Made by a program: the position numbers and the translations under genes
The notes under the pieces: model-generated
Database searches by the model: none
What the model saw: only the letters and a program-made list of their open reading frames with translations
What the model was told of the DNA's origin: nothing
Part shown: positions 62,819 to 64,000 of the stretch, piece by piece
Position numbering within the stretch: the stretch's first letter is position 1
Layout of the letters: each line of letters opens with the position of its first letter
From: Tolypothrix carrinoi HA7290-LM1
GTDB lineage: Bacteria; Cyanobacteriota; Cyanobacteriia; Cyanobacteriales; Nostocaceae
Direction of reading: 5' to 3'
Assembly: GCA_019358935.1 (NCBI GenBank)
Contig: JAHHIK010000014.1
Coordinates: 37,120-101,119 of the forward strand
DNA length: 64,000 nt

Positions 62819-62948
62819 AATTTTGTTTTTCTCTTGAAAGTTGACGATCGCTTGTCTAAAGACAGGGTTTTTTAACTATCCGGTTCTGATGAATGCTTTC
62901 GATATGTTTGGAACCTGAGAGTTTTTTTGCTTCAACCACAGCTTGATA

Positions 62949-63266
62949 TTACAAACTCAAAGAATCCAATTCTTGCGACACAGCAGCCATAAATTGTGCT
63001 GCATCTTTTATACCCATCTCTCCCAAAGCTTTCCACTCCTCACTAGTGTAATCAAAATCTAGTCCCATCACGTCTTGAGTCCAATAAGGCAAATTAGATG
63101 GGTTTTCCATTAGTTCACAAGTTAGCTTCAAGATTTCTGTTCCTGAAGTATTAACTCTTGCCTTTGTCGCCAAACAGAAAAAGAGCAATTTGGCTAAATT
63201 GCTTTCAGGAGGAATCGATATCAGAAAAGCCATATTTTGTGCCAGTACGAACTTATCTAACTTCAT
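62949..63266 (-). CDS. hypothetical protein in the globin cluster
   Basis: 105-aa ORF, co-oriented with the globins, purine-rich RBS-like sequence upstream. Confidence 0.75.
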   Translation of the reverse strand: MKLDKFVLAQNMAFLISIPPESNLAKLLFFCLATKARVNTSGTEILKLTCELMENPSNLPYWTQDVMGLDFDYTSEEWKALGEMGIKDAAQFMAAVSQELDSLSL

Positions 63267-63383
63267 TGGTATCTCTTCCTCACAAGTTCTTTATTAGTTT
63301 ACCAAACAATACTTTCGATGTTACGCATATTTCAATGTTTTTAATATGGGATTCCCTTTCTTCTTCCTTAATTTGATATCAAT

Positions 63384-63881
63384 TTACTTCCAATTCCTAA
63401 TAGGCAATTCAACCTCAGCATTCGACGAAACATCTGCCTGTTGAGCCATACTTACCGCTTTGCTTCGCGCTTCTATAATTTTACCTATCTCACGTCCCAA
63501 GCTTGGTTGACGTGAAATTATCGTATTTACAGAATCTGAGTAAATGACAAGAACTTGCAAATCGTCAACTGCTTTGATTGATACCGGACTCGGTTCCCCA
63601 GTAAACAGTGCCATCTCGCCAAAGAACTCACCACGCAAGATAGTCATTACCTCCAATTCCTTGCCAAACTCGTTGGTGACGGTGACTAGAGCCTGACCCG
63701 CAATGATAATATACAAAGCATTACCAGGCTCGCCCTGCCGGATAACTTTCTCGCCAGCACCGAACTGTTGTAAAATACTTCCCTTAGCTAAGTCATCCAA
63801 ATTTTTCTCCTCTCTAGCTAAAGGCATAAATCCGGGAATTGAGTGCAGGTGGCTTAACTTACTTGAAGCGCTATCTGCCAT
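63384..63881 (-). CDS. cyclic nucleotide-binding domain protein
   Basis: GEKVIRQGE..LYIIIAG..GEFFGEMAL. Confidence 0.85.
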   Translation of the reverse strand: MADSASSKLSHLHSIPGFMPLAREEKNLDDLAKGSILQQFGAGEKVIRQGEPGNALYIIIAGQALVTVTNEFGKELEVMTILRGEFFGEMALFTGEPSPVSIKAVDDLQVLVIYSDSVNTIISRQPSLGREIGKIIEARSKAVSMAQQADVSSNAEVELPIRNWK

Positions 63882-64000
63882 TTAACTAAGTCCTAAAGTA
63901 GTGGGATAAATCGGAATATTTCGATATAAATCAGAATCCATAACTGTATCCGTCCTGTGAATGCATTTTTGTAAACTTATCCAAAGTCCCGCCTATCCGC

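Noticed and set aside
1..64000. High frequency of GCGATCGC
   Set aside because: This is HIP1, a well-known cyanobacterial feature; used only as a taxonomic clue.

Overview
Chromosomal window from a filamentous cyanobacterium, probably Nostocales. This is inferred from frequent HIP1 GCGATCGC octamers, STRR-type 7-9-bp tandem repeats, small dispersed repeats, and hglK-like and labA genes. The backbone is housekeeping (pyrD, isoaspartyl peptidase, glmU, labA, leuA, RecQ-family helicase, pheS, surE, ribF, MoxR). No rRNA, tRNA or CRISPR array was recognised. Accessory regions, most interesting first: (1) A four-gene minus-strand envelope operon at 49.3-59.7 kb encodes a DUF11+SdrD-B protein, a 1327-aa Ig+beta-barrel protein, a beta-helix+OmpA protein and a Gly-rich DUF11 adhesin. 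The adhesin ends in an incomplete DUF11 domain, and the first protein starts with what looks like the missing Asn-bearing strands, suggesting covalent donor-strand (SpyTag-like) coupling. (2) A 195/196-bp structured non-coding element occurs twice. Each copy is inserted directly 3' of TTAT, ends in TTCAA and has no target duplication (IS200/IS605-like). One copy splits the adhesin, the other a decayed MnmD-like gene. (3) A beta-barrel / FecR-(TTPPI)n / CHASE2-Ser/Thr-kinase trio. (4) A globin cluster including a double-globin-TM-pentapeptide fusion. (5) A NIDO/PEP-CTERM plus O-antigen-ligase pseudogene islet bounded by a 20-bp inverted repeat. There are also several gene remnants (tyrosine integrase, EF-hand protein). 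All family calls come from reading motifs by eye; no database searches were run.
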